Below, one piece after another: positions 26,203-34,742 of a stretch of 39,025 nucleotides of DNA. Origin of the DNA: an uncultured Thermotogae bacterium (GTDB taxonomy: Bacteria > Bipolaricaulota > Bipolaricaulia > UBA7950 > UBA9294). How positions within the stretch are numbered: position 1 is the stretch's first letter; the number at the start of each line of letters is the position of its first letter. The translations under genes and the position numbers were made by a program. Where the stretch lies: assembly GCA_964620325.1 (NCBI GenBank), contig CAZUIM010000019.1, positions 1,142 through 40,166 of the forward strand, given 5' to 3'. Under the pieces are notes generated by a model, which was not told the origin of the DNA, searched no databases, and was given only the letters and a program-made list of their open reading frames with translations.

Positions 26203-27138
26203 ATGGCGTCGAAGGTGCCGTTCTGGAAGAGGCCGATGCCGGACGACTGGCGAAGGCCGGGCTACTGGAGGGACACGGCGTGGGCGTACATCTACCTGGC
26301 GCCCGCGTTGGTGATCCTCGGTGTGTTCACGTTCTATCCCTTCTTTTCCGCCTTTCAACTGAGCCTCTACAAGGTGTCGTTCACCAATTTCCCGGGGACG
26401 TACATCGGCCTCGATCACTACAGGTATATCTTTGGCGACCGTTACTTTTGGCAAGCCCTTTGGCATACGCTGGTCATTGTGGGGGTCAGCGTGCCGGTCA
26501 CGCTGTTTCTGGCGCTCATGGTTGCGAGCCTGCTGAACAAGTCCCTGCGACTGCGGACGTTCGCACGCACCTCGTTCTTCCTATCATACATCACGCCGAT
26601 GGTCGCCGTGATCATGGTCTGGCGATTGATGTACAACGAGAGCTATGGGTTGATCAACTATTTCCTCGGACTGATCGGCATCAATCCGATTGCATGGCTG
26701 AACAGCACAGAATGGGCGTTGCCGTCGGTGATCATCCTGAGTGTGTGGCGATACGTCGGGTACCAAGCGATCATTCTCCTCGCCGGGATGCAGGGGATCG
26801 ATCAGATGTACTACGAAGCTGCGCGCATCGACGGCGCGTCGGGCTTTCAGGTCTGGCGGAAGATCACCGTGCCGCTTCTGACGCCGCAGATCTTTTTCCT
26901 GTTGATCATTTCGATGATCGGCTCGTTCAAGATTTTCACCGAGGTCTACGTGTTGTTCAATGGACCTGGCCGACTGAAGAGCGCAGAGACACTCGTCTAC
27001 TATATCATGCGACAGGGCTTCTTCGGCACACCCCACTACGGTCGCGCCGCGGCCGCATCGATCGTCCTCTTCGCGATCATCTTCGTCGTCACGCTGTTGC
27101 AGATGCAGGTGGCGAAGCGGCGCGTTCACTATCAGTAG
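26203..27138 (+). CDS. Carbohydrate ABC transporter permease (MalF/UgpA-like)
   Basis: EAA loop in EAARIDGASGFQVWRKITVPLL. Multi-TM. Confidence 0.85.
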   Translation: MASKVPFWKRPMPDDWRRPGYWRDTAWAYIYLAPALVILGVFTFYPFFSAFQLSLYKVSFTNFPGTYIGLDHYRYIFGDRYFWQALWHTLVIVGVSVPVTLFLALMVASLLNKSLRLRTFARTSFFLSYITPMVAVIMVWRLMYNESYGLINYFLGLIGINPIAWLNSTEWALPSVIILSVWRYVGYQAIILLAGMQGIDQMYYEAARIDGASGFQVWRKITVPLLTPQIFFLLIISMIGSFKIFTEVYVLFNGPGRLKSAETLVYYIMRQGFFGTPHYGRAAAASIVLFAIIFVVTLLQMQVAKRRVHYQ

Positions 27139-27169
27139 GTTCTTCGCCTGCCGGCTCTCCTCGCGTGGT

Positions 27170-27583
27170 TCACTTCACCCAGGTGATCACGGAGTACTCG
27201 TCGATCGTCTCGTCCTCCCAAGGCCGCCGGTAGACGAACGACAGCGTGGCCGTCCCGGAAACGACGGCGCGGTATCGGTACGTGAAGACGCCGGGACCGC
27301 CACAGACGCCGGGATCCTCCGGTCTGTAGGTTCCCTCTTCGACGATCTCCAGCGGGCCGTCACCGAATGACGTCGGTTCGACACGGACCCATTGGTACCC
27401 GGTCGACGCGTTCCCTTCGAGCCGGATCTCCAGTGTATCGCCGACCTCGATCGATCGAACGGCACCGTTGTCGGACATGTCGAGGATCACGGGCAGTAGT
27501 GAGCATCCGGGCAGTAGAGCGGCGAAAACGCCGGCACAGGTGAGGGCGACGATCCAGCGTGCAGTCTTGCGTCCGTCCATCAT
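27170..27583 (-). CDS. Chagasin-family (MEROPS I42) cysteine-peptidase inhibitor, lipoprotein
   Basis: ATG with a GGGGAGG RBS. Lipobox VFAALLPGCS. The three chagasin loops are conserved: LEGNASTGYQW (NPTTG-like), CGGPGVFTYRY (GxGG) and YRRPWEDE (RPW). The ORF-track start at 27793 is rejected as an N-terminal over-extension. Confidence 0.75.
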   Translation of the reverse strand: MMDGRKTARWIVALTCAGVFAALLPGCSLLPVILDMSDNGAVRSIEVGDTLEIRLEGNASTGYQWVRVEPTSFGDGPLEIVEEGTYRPEDPGVCGGPGVFTYRYRAVVSGTATLSFVYRRPWEDETIDEYSVITWVK

Positions 27584-27663
27584 CGGGCCTCCCCGGGAAC
27601 TGAATCCCCTCGGTTGTACGCGAGAACCGCCGAACGGGCAAGTCGCCTCAGAGGGCGGGCGTG

Positions 27664-28320
27664 TTAGGGGGGCGTCGGCGCGACGGGGATGATCTCCGGC
27701 GAGGAGGTGTACCTGGTCGGCATCGTGCCGATCGCCCAGCCGGTCGCCGTCGTTTCGAGGTAGTAGTATCTGTCGCCGCTCCATTCGTACCACACCGCCT
27801 CGGGCGCGTTCGGCGGAAGGACGCGAATCCCGACGGCCATGTGATTCTCGGCGGTGAACGCGAGGAGGACAACGCCGAATCCCATCTGCTCGAAGATGGC
27901 GGCTGTGAGAATCGCGAAATCCTCGCAGTCTCCGCAGCCTTCAACGAGCGTTTCGATCGGGTACCGCGGGTACTCCCCCTCTTCCGCTTCGTAGCGGAGC
28001 GACTGCACGAACGCGACGACAAGGTTGAGCTTCTCCCACACGTTGAGGCCGGCCGAGTGGGCCATCCCTTCCATGTCGGCGATCAGCGAGGCGAGTTCGA
28101 CGTCGTTGCTCGGTTCCAGAGCGTAGGCCGCGTAGGCGGTGTACGCGGCGACTCGGGGAAGAGATCGGAAGTGGCGGTACGCGTCGCCGGAGAAGGTGTG
28201 GGTGAGCGTCCAGACTCGTCCCGAGAACTCCCACGTGAATTCGCGCGTGATCGGTGCTGCTTGCCCCCAAAGCTCAACGGCGAATGCGGTCACAAGAACC
28301 GCGAGAACGAGCTTCCGCAT
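27664..28320 (-). CDS. Secreted transglutaminase-like (papain-fold) cysteine peptidase
   Basis: ATG 28320 with an AGGGAG RBS. Signal peptide MRKLVLAVLVTAFAVELWGQAA. Transglut_core catalytic signature GCGDCEDFA (G-x-C-x-x-F-A), with His at ENHMAVG about 35 aa later and an acidic residue in YYYLETT. Confidence 0.65.
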   Translation of the reverse strand: MRKLVLAVLVTAFAVELWGQAAPITREFTWEFSGRVWTLTHTFSGDAYRHFRSLPRVAAYTAYAAYALEPSNDVELASLIADMEGMAHSAGLNVWEKLNLVVAFVQSLRYEAEEGEYPRYPIETLVEGCGDCEDFAILTAAIFEQMGFGVVLLAFTAENHMAVGIRVLPPNAPEAVWYEWSGDRYYYLETTATGWAIGTMPTRYTSSPEIIPVAPTPP

Positions 28321-28471
28321 CCCACTCCCTGCCTTTCTGAATCCGTGCCTCGAGGAAGACGCCGGAGCGTGACTTGCATTACACTCCGACAATGAGAAGG
28401 TAGTCGGGAGTTGTCGATCGTTCGTGAAGATCGAATGGGGCGTGTGTGTTGGCGCTCGGTCGTCGGGGGGG

Positions 28472-29305
28472 CTAGAGCAGAGAGGAGACGAGTCCGCTGG
28501 TCGTCAGCCCGCTCGGCATCCCGACGTATCGGATGACGCCGGTGCGATCGATCAGGAATGCGGTCGGCGTTCCCCTCACGCCGTACGCGGCGATCGTCCC
28601 GAAGGTCACCGGCCGGGTCTCCCGCACGACGACGAACTTCGTGTACCCGTCCCCCTCGAGAAATCGCTGTGTGTCACGAGCACTTCCGTCGAGGCTGATC
28701 AACACGATGACCAGTCCCTGGTCGCCGTAGGTCCGTCGGAGCGCCTCCAGGTTCGGTGTCGACGCTCGACAGCTCGGGCAGGTGCTCTTCCAGAACTCGA
28801 GCACGACGACCAGCCCGAGGAAATCGGAAAGGTTGACGGTGTCTCCCGTGAGCGTCGGCAGAGCGAAGTCGGGCGCACGTTGGCCGACCTTGTTGCCCGT
28901 CAGAACGTCGGCCGGCGTGACCTCTCTCGCGAACGCCGGCGCTTCCGATTCTCCGGTCTCCGAGGGGCCCGCAGGCAAACTCAGCACATCGATCGTCTCG
29001 GTGATCATGTGCCACGAGCCGCCGTTGTCGGTCGCCAACAGGGTGACGTTGTATCGGTCAGCGCGGGGGAAAGTGTGCTCGACCACCGGGCCGGAGCCTG
29101 TCGTTCCGTCCCCGAAGACCCATTGATAGCGAACGACTCGGCCATCGGGATCGGACGATGCGGAGGCGTCGAACGCGACCACGGTCTCCGCTTCGTCGGG
29201 CAGCCGATGCGCCGAGAACGAGGCGATCGGTGTTTCGTTCGCCAACGCGGCCTGCGAGATCAGAATCAGCGCGGCCGAGAGAAGCAACGCGCGAAGCGGA
29301 CTCAT
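28472..29305 (-). CDS. Secreted PKD-domain/TlpA-like thioredoxin fusion (paralog of 21411-22199)
   Basis: Signal peptide MSPLRALLLSAALILISQAALA. PKD-like VVAFDASASSDPDGRVVRYQWVFGDG. Thioredoxin FWKSTCPSCR. Domain order matches the other copy. Confidence 0.8.
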   Translation of the reverse strand: MSPLRALLLSAALILISQAALANETPIASFSAHRLPDEAETVVAFDASASSDPDGRVVRYQWVFGDGTTGSGPVVEHTFPRADRYNVTLLATDNGGSWHMITETIDVLSLPAGPSETGESEAPAFAREVTPADVLTGNKVGQRAPDFALPTLTGDTVNLSDFLGLVVVLEFWKSTCPSCRASTPNLEALRRTYGDQGLVIVLISLDGSARDTQRFLEGDGYTKFVVVRETRPVTFGTIAAYGVRGTPTAFLIDRTGVIRYVGMPSGLTTSGLVSSLL

Positions 29306-29380
29306 CGTGTCACCCTTCCGGACGTTCCGTGTCGTCCCTCCTGGCAAGAGAGCCACGAGACCGAGGTTCACGTGCTCCTC

Positions 29381-30826
29381 CTACGGGGAGGGCTCGGACG
29401 GGGTTTGCGACTCCTCGGGCTCGAGCAGGTCCAGGCGGGCCTGAATCGTCGAGTCCTCACCGACCTTCTCCAATGCCTGGTGGTAGTAGGCGATCGCCCG
29501 ATCCGTCGACTCCTCGATCGTGACTTCGAGTTCGGCGATCCTGGCCTCGGTGTCCGCATCGATCTCTTCGGCTTCTTCCAGTTGAGCCTTCTCGTTGACG
29601 GCCTCTTGCCGTTTCGACTCGTAGCCGATGGCGACCAGGTAGGCTAGATACGGGTCGTCGACCGACTCGTCATCGAGCAGATCCTCGAGAGCTTCGAGTC
29701 CGAGATCGGGGTCTTCCTTCTGCAGCTTCGCTGCGGCGAGCAATGGATCCTCAATCACGATCTCCGCGTCGTCGAATTCCGATTGAAACCAGGCTTGGAA
29801 CTGATCGTCGGCCTCGGCCTCCGCGGCGTCGGCGCGAACCTGATCGGCGATCTCCGCGAATGCGGGCTTCGACTCGTCCTTGTGGCCCGTCTTCAGGATG
29901 ATGTGGAATCCGTACTCCGATTCGACAATGTCGCTTGTCTCGCCCTTCTCGAGGGCGAACGCTGCTTCCTCGAACGAAGGGACCATGTCTCCGCGGGCGA
30001 ACCAGCCGAGATCACCGCCGCTGGAGGACGAAGGGCAGGTCGAGTACTCCTCGGCCAACTCGGCCAAGTCCTCGCCCGTCTCGAGGCGCTCTGCAAGAAC
30101 TTCGGCCTGCGTCTGCGTGTCGACGAGGATGTGCGATGCCCGGATCTGCTCGGCCTGCTCGTAGTCTGCGCGATTCTCCTCGAAGAACGTCGCAACGTCA
30201 TCATCGGAGACCTCGGGCGTTCCGATAACGGCCTCCTCGAGCTCCTCGGCGACCAGCTGCTCGCGGATGCTCTGCTTCGACTGGGAGACGAACGTGTCCG
30301 GGTTCGTTCCGGCGCTTTCGAGGGAGGTGAAGAACTCCACCTCAGTCATTCCCTGCGCTTCGAGGTAGTCGGCGAAAAGATCCTGGAATCGCGCGTCGAT
30401 CTCCTCGTCGGTGACGACGACCCCTTCACTCTCCGCTTCCTCGAACAGGAATTCGCGTGCCGCCAGCCGCTGAAGGGCTTCGAGTTGCATGTTCAACGTG
30501 AGCTCGCGTCCGGAAGCGCCGGTGAGCAGTGTCCGGATGTCCTGGCCGAACTGAGCGTAGAGCTCCTGGTATTGCGATAGAACGAGGTTGAACTGTCGTG
30601 CGAGACCCTCGTCATACAGCGGTCGTCCATTCAAGTACGCGACGATCGTCCGCTCCGCCTCCTCAGCAACAGCTTCGTCGTCCACGGTCTCTGGTGCGAC
30701 CTCCGGAGCGGTCTCTTCAACCTGGTCGGCGGCCTCGGCCGGCTCTTCCGGTTGGCGACTGCAACCGGCGAACAAAAGGGACAGGGCGATCAGGAACACG
30801 ATGGGCAAGAACGAGCGAATCTGCAT
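29381..30826 (-). CDS. Lipoprotein peptidyl-prolyl cis-trans isomerase (SurA/PrsA-like, parvulin domain)
   Basis: ATG 30826 with an AAGGAGG RBS. Lipobox LLFAGCS. Parvulin signature IRASHILV...GGDLGWFARGDMVPSFEEAAFAL...SEYGFHIILK, flanked by acidic chaperone-like regions. Confidence 0.8.
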   Translation of the reverse strand: MQIRSFLPIVFLIALSLLFAGCSRQPEEPAEAADQVEETAPEVAPETVDDEAVAEEAERTIVAYLNGRPLYDEGLARQFNLVLSQYQELYAQFGQDIRTLLTGASGRELTLNMQLEALQRLAAREFLFEEAESEGVVVTDEEIDARFQDLFADYLEAQGMTEVEFFTSLESAGTNPDTFVSQSKQSIREQLVAEELEEAVIGTPEVSDDDVATFFEENRADYEQAEQIRASHILVDTQTQAEVLAERLETGEDLAELAEEYSTCPSSSSGGDLGWFARGDMVPSFEEAAFALEKGETSDIVESEYGFHIILKTGHKDESKPAFAEIADQVRADAAEAEADDQFQAWFQSEFDDAEIVIEDPLLAAAKLQKEDPDLGLEALEDLLDDESVDDPYLAYLVAIGYESKRQEAVNEKAQLEEAEEIDADTEARIAELEVTIEESTDRAIAYYHQALEKVGEDSTIQARLDLLEPEESQTPSEPSP

Positions 30827-31006
30827 GAGGACCTCCTTCGTTGGCCCAAGGATACGCGTTCGGGTCCGGTGATGAAAGGTGCCGACTCCGATCACATCGG
30901 CTCGATGAGCTGTGGTCCGGGTGGTTCCGGCGGCCGATACTCGCCTCGACGCGTCCCGTCAAGACTGGCCCCCTCGACCTGCTGGCAAGCCTCTCAGGGC
31001 GCTCGT

Positions 31007-32101
31007 CTACAGGAATCCGTGAGGGATTCGGACGGCGAACCGGCAGGCGTCGGCTCCGTCGAGCATCGTCTCGACCAGGTCGACCTGTGGCGACTCCCCG
31101 AACACGATCTCCCACTCCCGCACGTACCAGCCGGCGGAGCAGTGGCAGAAGGTGCGCGAGACGGGCCTTCGGTCTCGAATCGCATCGCGTACCAGCGGAC
31201 AGAAGCAGGCCGCGTAGCGCCTCTCGACCGGATCGGTCGCCTTCTCGTACGCCTCCGGACGGGCCGGGCGTCGCTCGATCATGAGCAGCGGTTGCACGCC
31301 CGACTCGTCGAGCCAGTACTTGCCTCCGAGGAACGGTTCGTCGGTCATCTTCTGCAGCAGCTTGCGAAGGTCGCGTCCGACCTCATCCCACGCGGCCTCG
31401 AGCAGCTCGCCACTCTGCACGATGTAGTGGTGGGCGCAGGCGTTGAGGATGCAGGCGCGCGCACGCTCGTCGGGGAGTTCGTGATCGAGCCGCGCCACCG
31501 CTCGCTGGACCCAGTCGGCCGCCAGGCTACCGTTCATCGTTTCGGCCAGTCCCTCGCTCCCGGCGAGGATCCGCTCGGCCGCCTTCGGATCGACGGCGCG
31601 GGCGACGCCACTGGCGAACGCGTCGAGCCAGATCGGCATGTGGTGCGGATACTGGACCTCCAGCGTGAATCGCTCGTCGGCGTCGACGGTGTTCAGTCCA
31701 TTGTGGTAGATGAACCGGACCGGATCGTCGCCGACGAGGATCGCGTTCTCCCCGATGAACGCGGCGAACGGGGCCCACGTGTCCGCGAGGTTCGTCCCCT
31801 CCGGACCGCCCTTCAGCGGGCCTTCGTGAACGATCGAGAACATCGGAAGCGCCGGCAACGTCTTCGTCTCGAAGCCCTCGCGGCAGGTCGGCTCGCGAAG
31901 CGGGAAAGCCAAGTCATAATCGGCCTTTCCGTGACGAGGAAAACCGGTCCGGAGGGCCATCGGGGGGGCATCCATCACGTCGAAAACGCTCGGGAGAAGG
32001 CTCGCGAGTTCACGCGCGACCTCGCCTTGATCGGCGAGGGACCTCCGCACGGTCAGCACGTGCAGCGGTTCGACGTGCTTGACGGGAAATTCGATCGGCA
32101 T
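31007..32101 (-). CDS. GyrI-like small-molecule-binding domain protein with a Cys/His-rich C-terminal domain of unknown function
   Basis: AGGAGGAGG RBS. The N-terminal roughly 150 aa (HVLTVR...GFETKTLPA...HEGP) fit a GyrI-like/AraC effector-binding fold. C-terminal cysteine motifs are ACAHHY, AACFCP, FCHCSAGW and DACRF. Confidence 0.65.
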   Translation of the reverse strand: MPIEFPVKHVEPLHVLTVRRSLADQGEVARELASLLPSVFDVMDAPPMALRTGFPRHGKADYDLAFPLREPTCREGFETKTLPALPMFSIVHEGPLKGGPEGTNLADTWAPFAAFIGENAILVGDDPVRFIYHNGLNTVDADERFTLEVQYPHHMPIWLDAFASGVARAVDPKAAERILAGSEGLAETMNGSLAADWVQRAVARLDHELPDERARACILNACAHHYIVQSGELLEAAWDEVGRDLRKLLQKMTDEPFLGGKYWLDESGVQPLLMIERRPARPEAYEKATDPVERRYAACFCPLVRDAIRDRRPVSRTFCHCSAGWYVREWEIVFGESPQVDLVETMLDGADACRFAVRIPHGFL

Positions 32102-32233
32102 CGCGGCCTCCTCCTGGCGTTCTGGCAGTCTCTAGATTGAGAGGGTCGCGCCGGCCCGTCACGCAAACGTCTCACGGGCGTGAAGGCCCGGGGACGACCC
32201 GTCCGCGCGCGGGCCGAATCCCCCAACCAGTCC

Positions 32234-32531
32234 CGGCCGCCCTTCAGCGGGCCTTCGTGAACGATCGAGAACATTGGGATCTCCGGCAACGTCTTCGTCT
32301 CGAAGCCCTCGCGGCAGGTCGGCTCGCGAAGCGGGGAGGCCAAGTCGCAATCGACCTTCCCGTTACGAGGAGAGCCGGTCCGGAGGGCCATCGGAGCGTG
32401 GCCGTTGCGTCGCCGATCCTCGGGAGAAGGCTCGCGAGTTCACGAGCGACCTCGCCTTGATCGGCGAGGGACCTCCGCACGGTCAGCACGTGCAGCGGTT
32501 CGACCGGCTTGGCCGGATCGACGACAGGCAT
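32234..32531 (-). pseudogene. Decayed partial paralog of the GyrI-like gene. It covers the N-terminal roughly 100 codons at about 90% nucleotide identity, is frameshifted and truncated, and has its own RBS.
   Basis: 32234-32531 aligns to 31806-32090. Examples are CCCTTCAGCGGGCCTTCGTGAACGATCGAGAACAT and CTCGCCTTGATCGGCGAGGGACCTCCGCACGGTCAGCACGTGCAGCGGTTCGAC. Translation gives MPVVDPAKPVEPLHVLTVRRSLADQGEVARELASLLP, then a frame change to MALRTG...CREGFETKTLPEIPMFSIVHEGPLKGG. Confidence 0.6.
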
Positions 32532-32629
32532 CGGATCTTCCTTCCTTGGCGGTGGAACCGTGCAAACGATCGTCGACTCGCGTGAATCATCGTCTCGCAC
32601 CGGGTCAAGGCACCGCGTTCCGGCGGGGG

Positions 32630-32658
32630 TTGACCGCGAATCGTCGCGAGCGTAGGGT
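32630..32658 (+). promoter_or_regulatory. Putative promoter TTGACC-N17-TAGGGT for the outer-membrane protein gene
   Basis: TTGACC at 32630-32635 and TAGGGT at 32653-32658. A GAAGGAG RBS precedes ATG 32682. Confidence 0.35.
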
Positions 32659-32681
32659 GATGTCGCTGTCGAAGGAGTTCG

Positions 32682-33182
32682 ATGATGAGAACGGCTCTCG
32701 GGATCCTGCTCGTTCTATCGATCGTCTGCGTGATCGGCGTCGCCCAGGAATCGGGCACCGACACCAACCTCTCCGACGGTCGGACGCTCGGCCTGGGCGT
32801 CGAGGTCGGATTCCCATTCGGCGGCTTGGTCAGCTCGCGGTACTGGCTCAACTCGGCGTTCGGTGTCGAAGGGGTCCTGTTCCTCTGGGGCGACGCTGCC
32901 GATGTCGAAGGAACGCTCACCGCTCGGGCCCTCTATCGGATCGCCGATGCATCGGTCGTCGACTTCTACGGAGTCGCCGGGGCGACGCTTCCCATCTCCG
33001 CGGGCGGCTTCGGCGGCGACTCGATCGCTCTCGCGGCCGGCGGCGGGATCGAGTTCGGATTCCGCTTCGCGCCGGCCCTCGCCTGGAACCTCGAATTCGG
33101 CCTCTCGATTCGGACGAACGGCGAGCTCGGCATGCTCTTCGGCACGGGCGTTCACTTCTACTTCGTCACCGACTCCGGCTGA
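32682..33182 (+). CDS. Small outer-membrane beta-barrel protein (OmpW/OmpA-like beta-barrel porin family)
   Basis: Signal peptide MMRTALGILLVLSIVCVIGVAQE. Alternating hydrophobic/glycine-rich beta-strand pattern. Aromatic C-terminal strand HFYFV. Confidence 0.6.
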   Translation: MMRTALGILLVLSIVCVIGVAQESGTDTNLSDGRTLGLGVEVGFPFGGLVSSRYWLNSAFGVEGVLFLWGDAADVEGTLTARALYRIADASVVDFYGVAGATLPISAGGFGGDSIALAAGGGIEFGFRFAPALAWNLEFGLSIRTNGELGMLFGTGVHFYFVTDSG

Positions 33183-33747
33183 TCGATCCCGGGCGGGAGG
33201 ACTTCGATTCTCTGCGTGCGATGAGACATGGCATGGGGACTGCAATCTGACCGCGGGTTCTCGACTCGACGACCAGCGTGATCGCCAAGCGGATACCTGA
33301 GATACCGAAGATTCGAAAGCAACAGGCCGACTCGTACCCGATGGCAGGCCGGACGACGCCCGAAATGAGTCGTGTGTCCCTCGACTCGGGCACCTTCCTA
33401 CTTGGACGCATCATTTGAGGAAGCGAAGGCAGGTCTGTAGACTTACCGCCGTCTTCGCGTGTTGGGGTGGCGTAAGGCCCCGACGACACTCCGCGGAGAA
33501 CCGGGCCCTGACACGGCCGCCGGAAGGGAGAAGGGCCAGCGTGATTCTGGCGGCGAAGTAGCACGGACCGAAAGGCCGTACACCCCGGACGCGTTGGGTT
33601 TTTCCTCTGAGAACTCCAATCCCAATTCATCGCTGTTCTCTGCTGCGTGTTCGCGTTCGCCTTTCGGTGTTGAGTTCACATAGCGATCACCGACCGCGCG
33701 ATTGCGTGCCGTCCTGTGATGGCACGAAACGCAGAAAGGACCAACCG

Positions 33748-34263
33748 ATGAAGCTTGCACGACGACCGTATCAGACCGAGCCTGATTACTGGGCGATCCG
33801 CGAGTTCCTCCGCGACACGTACCTGCAGAACGGACGGCGGGAGTACTCCTGGCCTGTGGCGCGACTTGACTACTGGCGCTGGCACGTGGCGGCGAACTGC
33901 GACACAGGTCCGATCGAAGAGGGGATCTTCCTGTGGGAGACCTCGGACGAGCGAATCGTCGCCGTTCTCAACCGCGAGGATCCTGGACACGCGTACCTTC
34001 AGGTCGATCCTCAATTCCGAACGCCGGAGCTGGAAGAGGAGATGCTCCGTCTGGCTGAGGAGCGCCTCGTGACCATCGGCTTGTCTTCGGGTCGCCCGGT
34101 GCTCGTCGTCGGGCTCCGCGATGGGGACACGCTTCGTGAGGAGATCCTCACGCGCTGCGGCTACAAACCGCGGGCCGGGACGCAGACGTTCGACCGGTAT
34201 CGCGACCTGGCTCTGTCCATCCCCGAGGCGCCGACGCCCAAGGCTACTCCATCCGGCCGATGA
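33748..34263 (+). CDS. GNAT-like (degenerate) acetyltransferase-fold protein, upstream partner of an ATGA-coupled pair
   Basis: The N-terminus RPYQTEPDYWAIREFL resembles GNAT beta1-alpha1. AYLQVDPQFRTPELEEEMLRLAEERL resembles a degenerate motif A. Confidence 0.45.
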   Translation: MKLARRPYQTEPDYWAIREFLRDTYLQNGRREYSWPVARLDYWRWHVAANCDTGPIEEGIFLWETSDERIVAVLNREDPGHAYLQVDPQFRTPELEEEMLRLAEERLVTIGLSSGRPVLVVGLRDGDTLREEILTRCGYKPRAGTQTFDRYRDLALSIPEAPTPKATPSGR

Positions 34264-34742
34264 CGCTCGAGGACATCCCATCGCGGAGCTGGGCTAGCTG
34301 GCGCGCCTTCCATCCGGATGAGCCGGACGAGGACTATCAGGGTCACACGTGGTACGAGAGCATCATGAGAGCGCCGATGTATCGGCGCGACTTGGATCTC
34401 ATCGCAGCTGACCGCAGTGGAGCGGTTGTGTCGTTCTGCACTGTGTGGTACGACGACGTCACGCGCTCGGGATATTTCGAACCGGTCGGCACGATGCCTG
34501 AGCACCAGCGACGGGGTCTCTGCTACGCGCTCCTCCATGAGGGGATGCGACGGCTGAAGGAGCGAGGCGCCGTCCAAGCCTGCCTCGGCGGGGGCGGCGA
34601 GGCCAATCCACCGGCAGAAGGCGTTTACTCGAGAGCGTTCGGAGACGATCAGGACAGCTACGTCACCTGGATGAAGTACATGGACGGGAACCTGGGTAGT
34701 CGTCCAACGAGGGGGCGTTCCCGATTCGAGTCCGTAGCGTAG
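34260..34742 (+). CDS. GNAT-family N-acetyltransferase
   Basis: YFEPVGTMPEHQRRGLCYALLHEGMRRLKERGA is the acetyl-CoA-binding motif A (V-x-P-x-x-R/Q-x-x-G). ATGA overlap with the preceding ORF. The out-of-frame upstream continuation reads ...QGYSIRPMTLEDIP, so a single frameshifted two-domain GNAT is an alternative. Confidence 0.55.
   Translation: MTLEDIPSRSWASWRAFHPDEPDEDYQGHTWYESIMRAPMYRRDLDLIAADRSGAVVSFCTVWYDDVTRSGYFEPVGTMPEHQRRGLCYALLHEGMRRLKERGAVQACLGGGGEANPPAEGVYSRAFGDDQDSYVTWMKYMDGNLGSRPTRGRSRFESVA

Noticed and set aside
27170-27793. 207-aa extended version of the chagasin ORF
   Set aside because: The conserved chagasin lipoprotein begins at the internal Met (27583), which has a signal peptide and a GGGGAGG RBS. 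The N-terminal extension is low-complexity.
33183-33747. Possible tRNA, SRP RNA or tmRNA in the 565-bp gap. One example is the CCGGAAGGGAGAAGG segment, reminiscent of the SRP RNA CCGGAAGGAAGCAGC region.
   Set aside because: No cloverleaf with a GGTTCGAnTCC T-arm is present. The SRP-like stretch lacks the conserved symmetric-loop AGCAGC and the flanking helix. There is no tmRNA tag-reading-frame signature. It is kept only as a generic ncRNA candidate.
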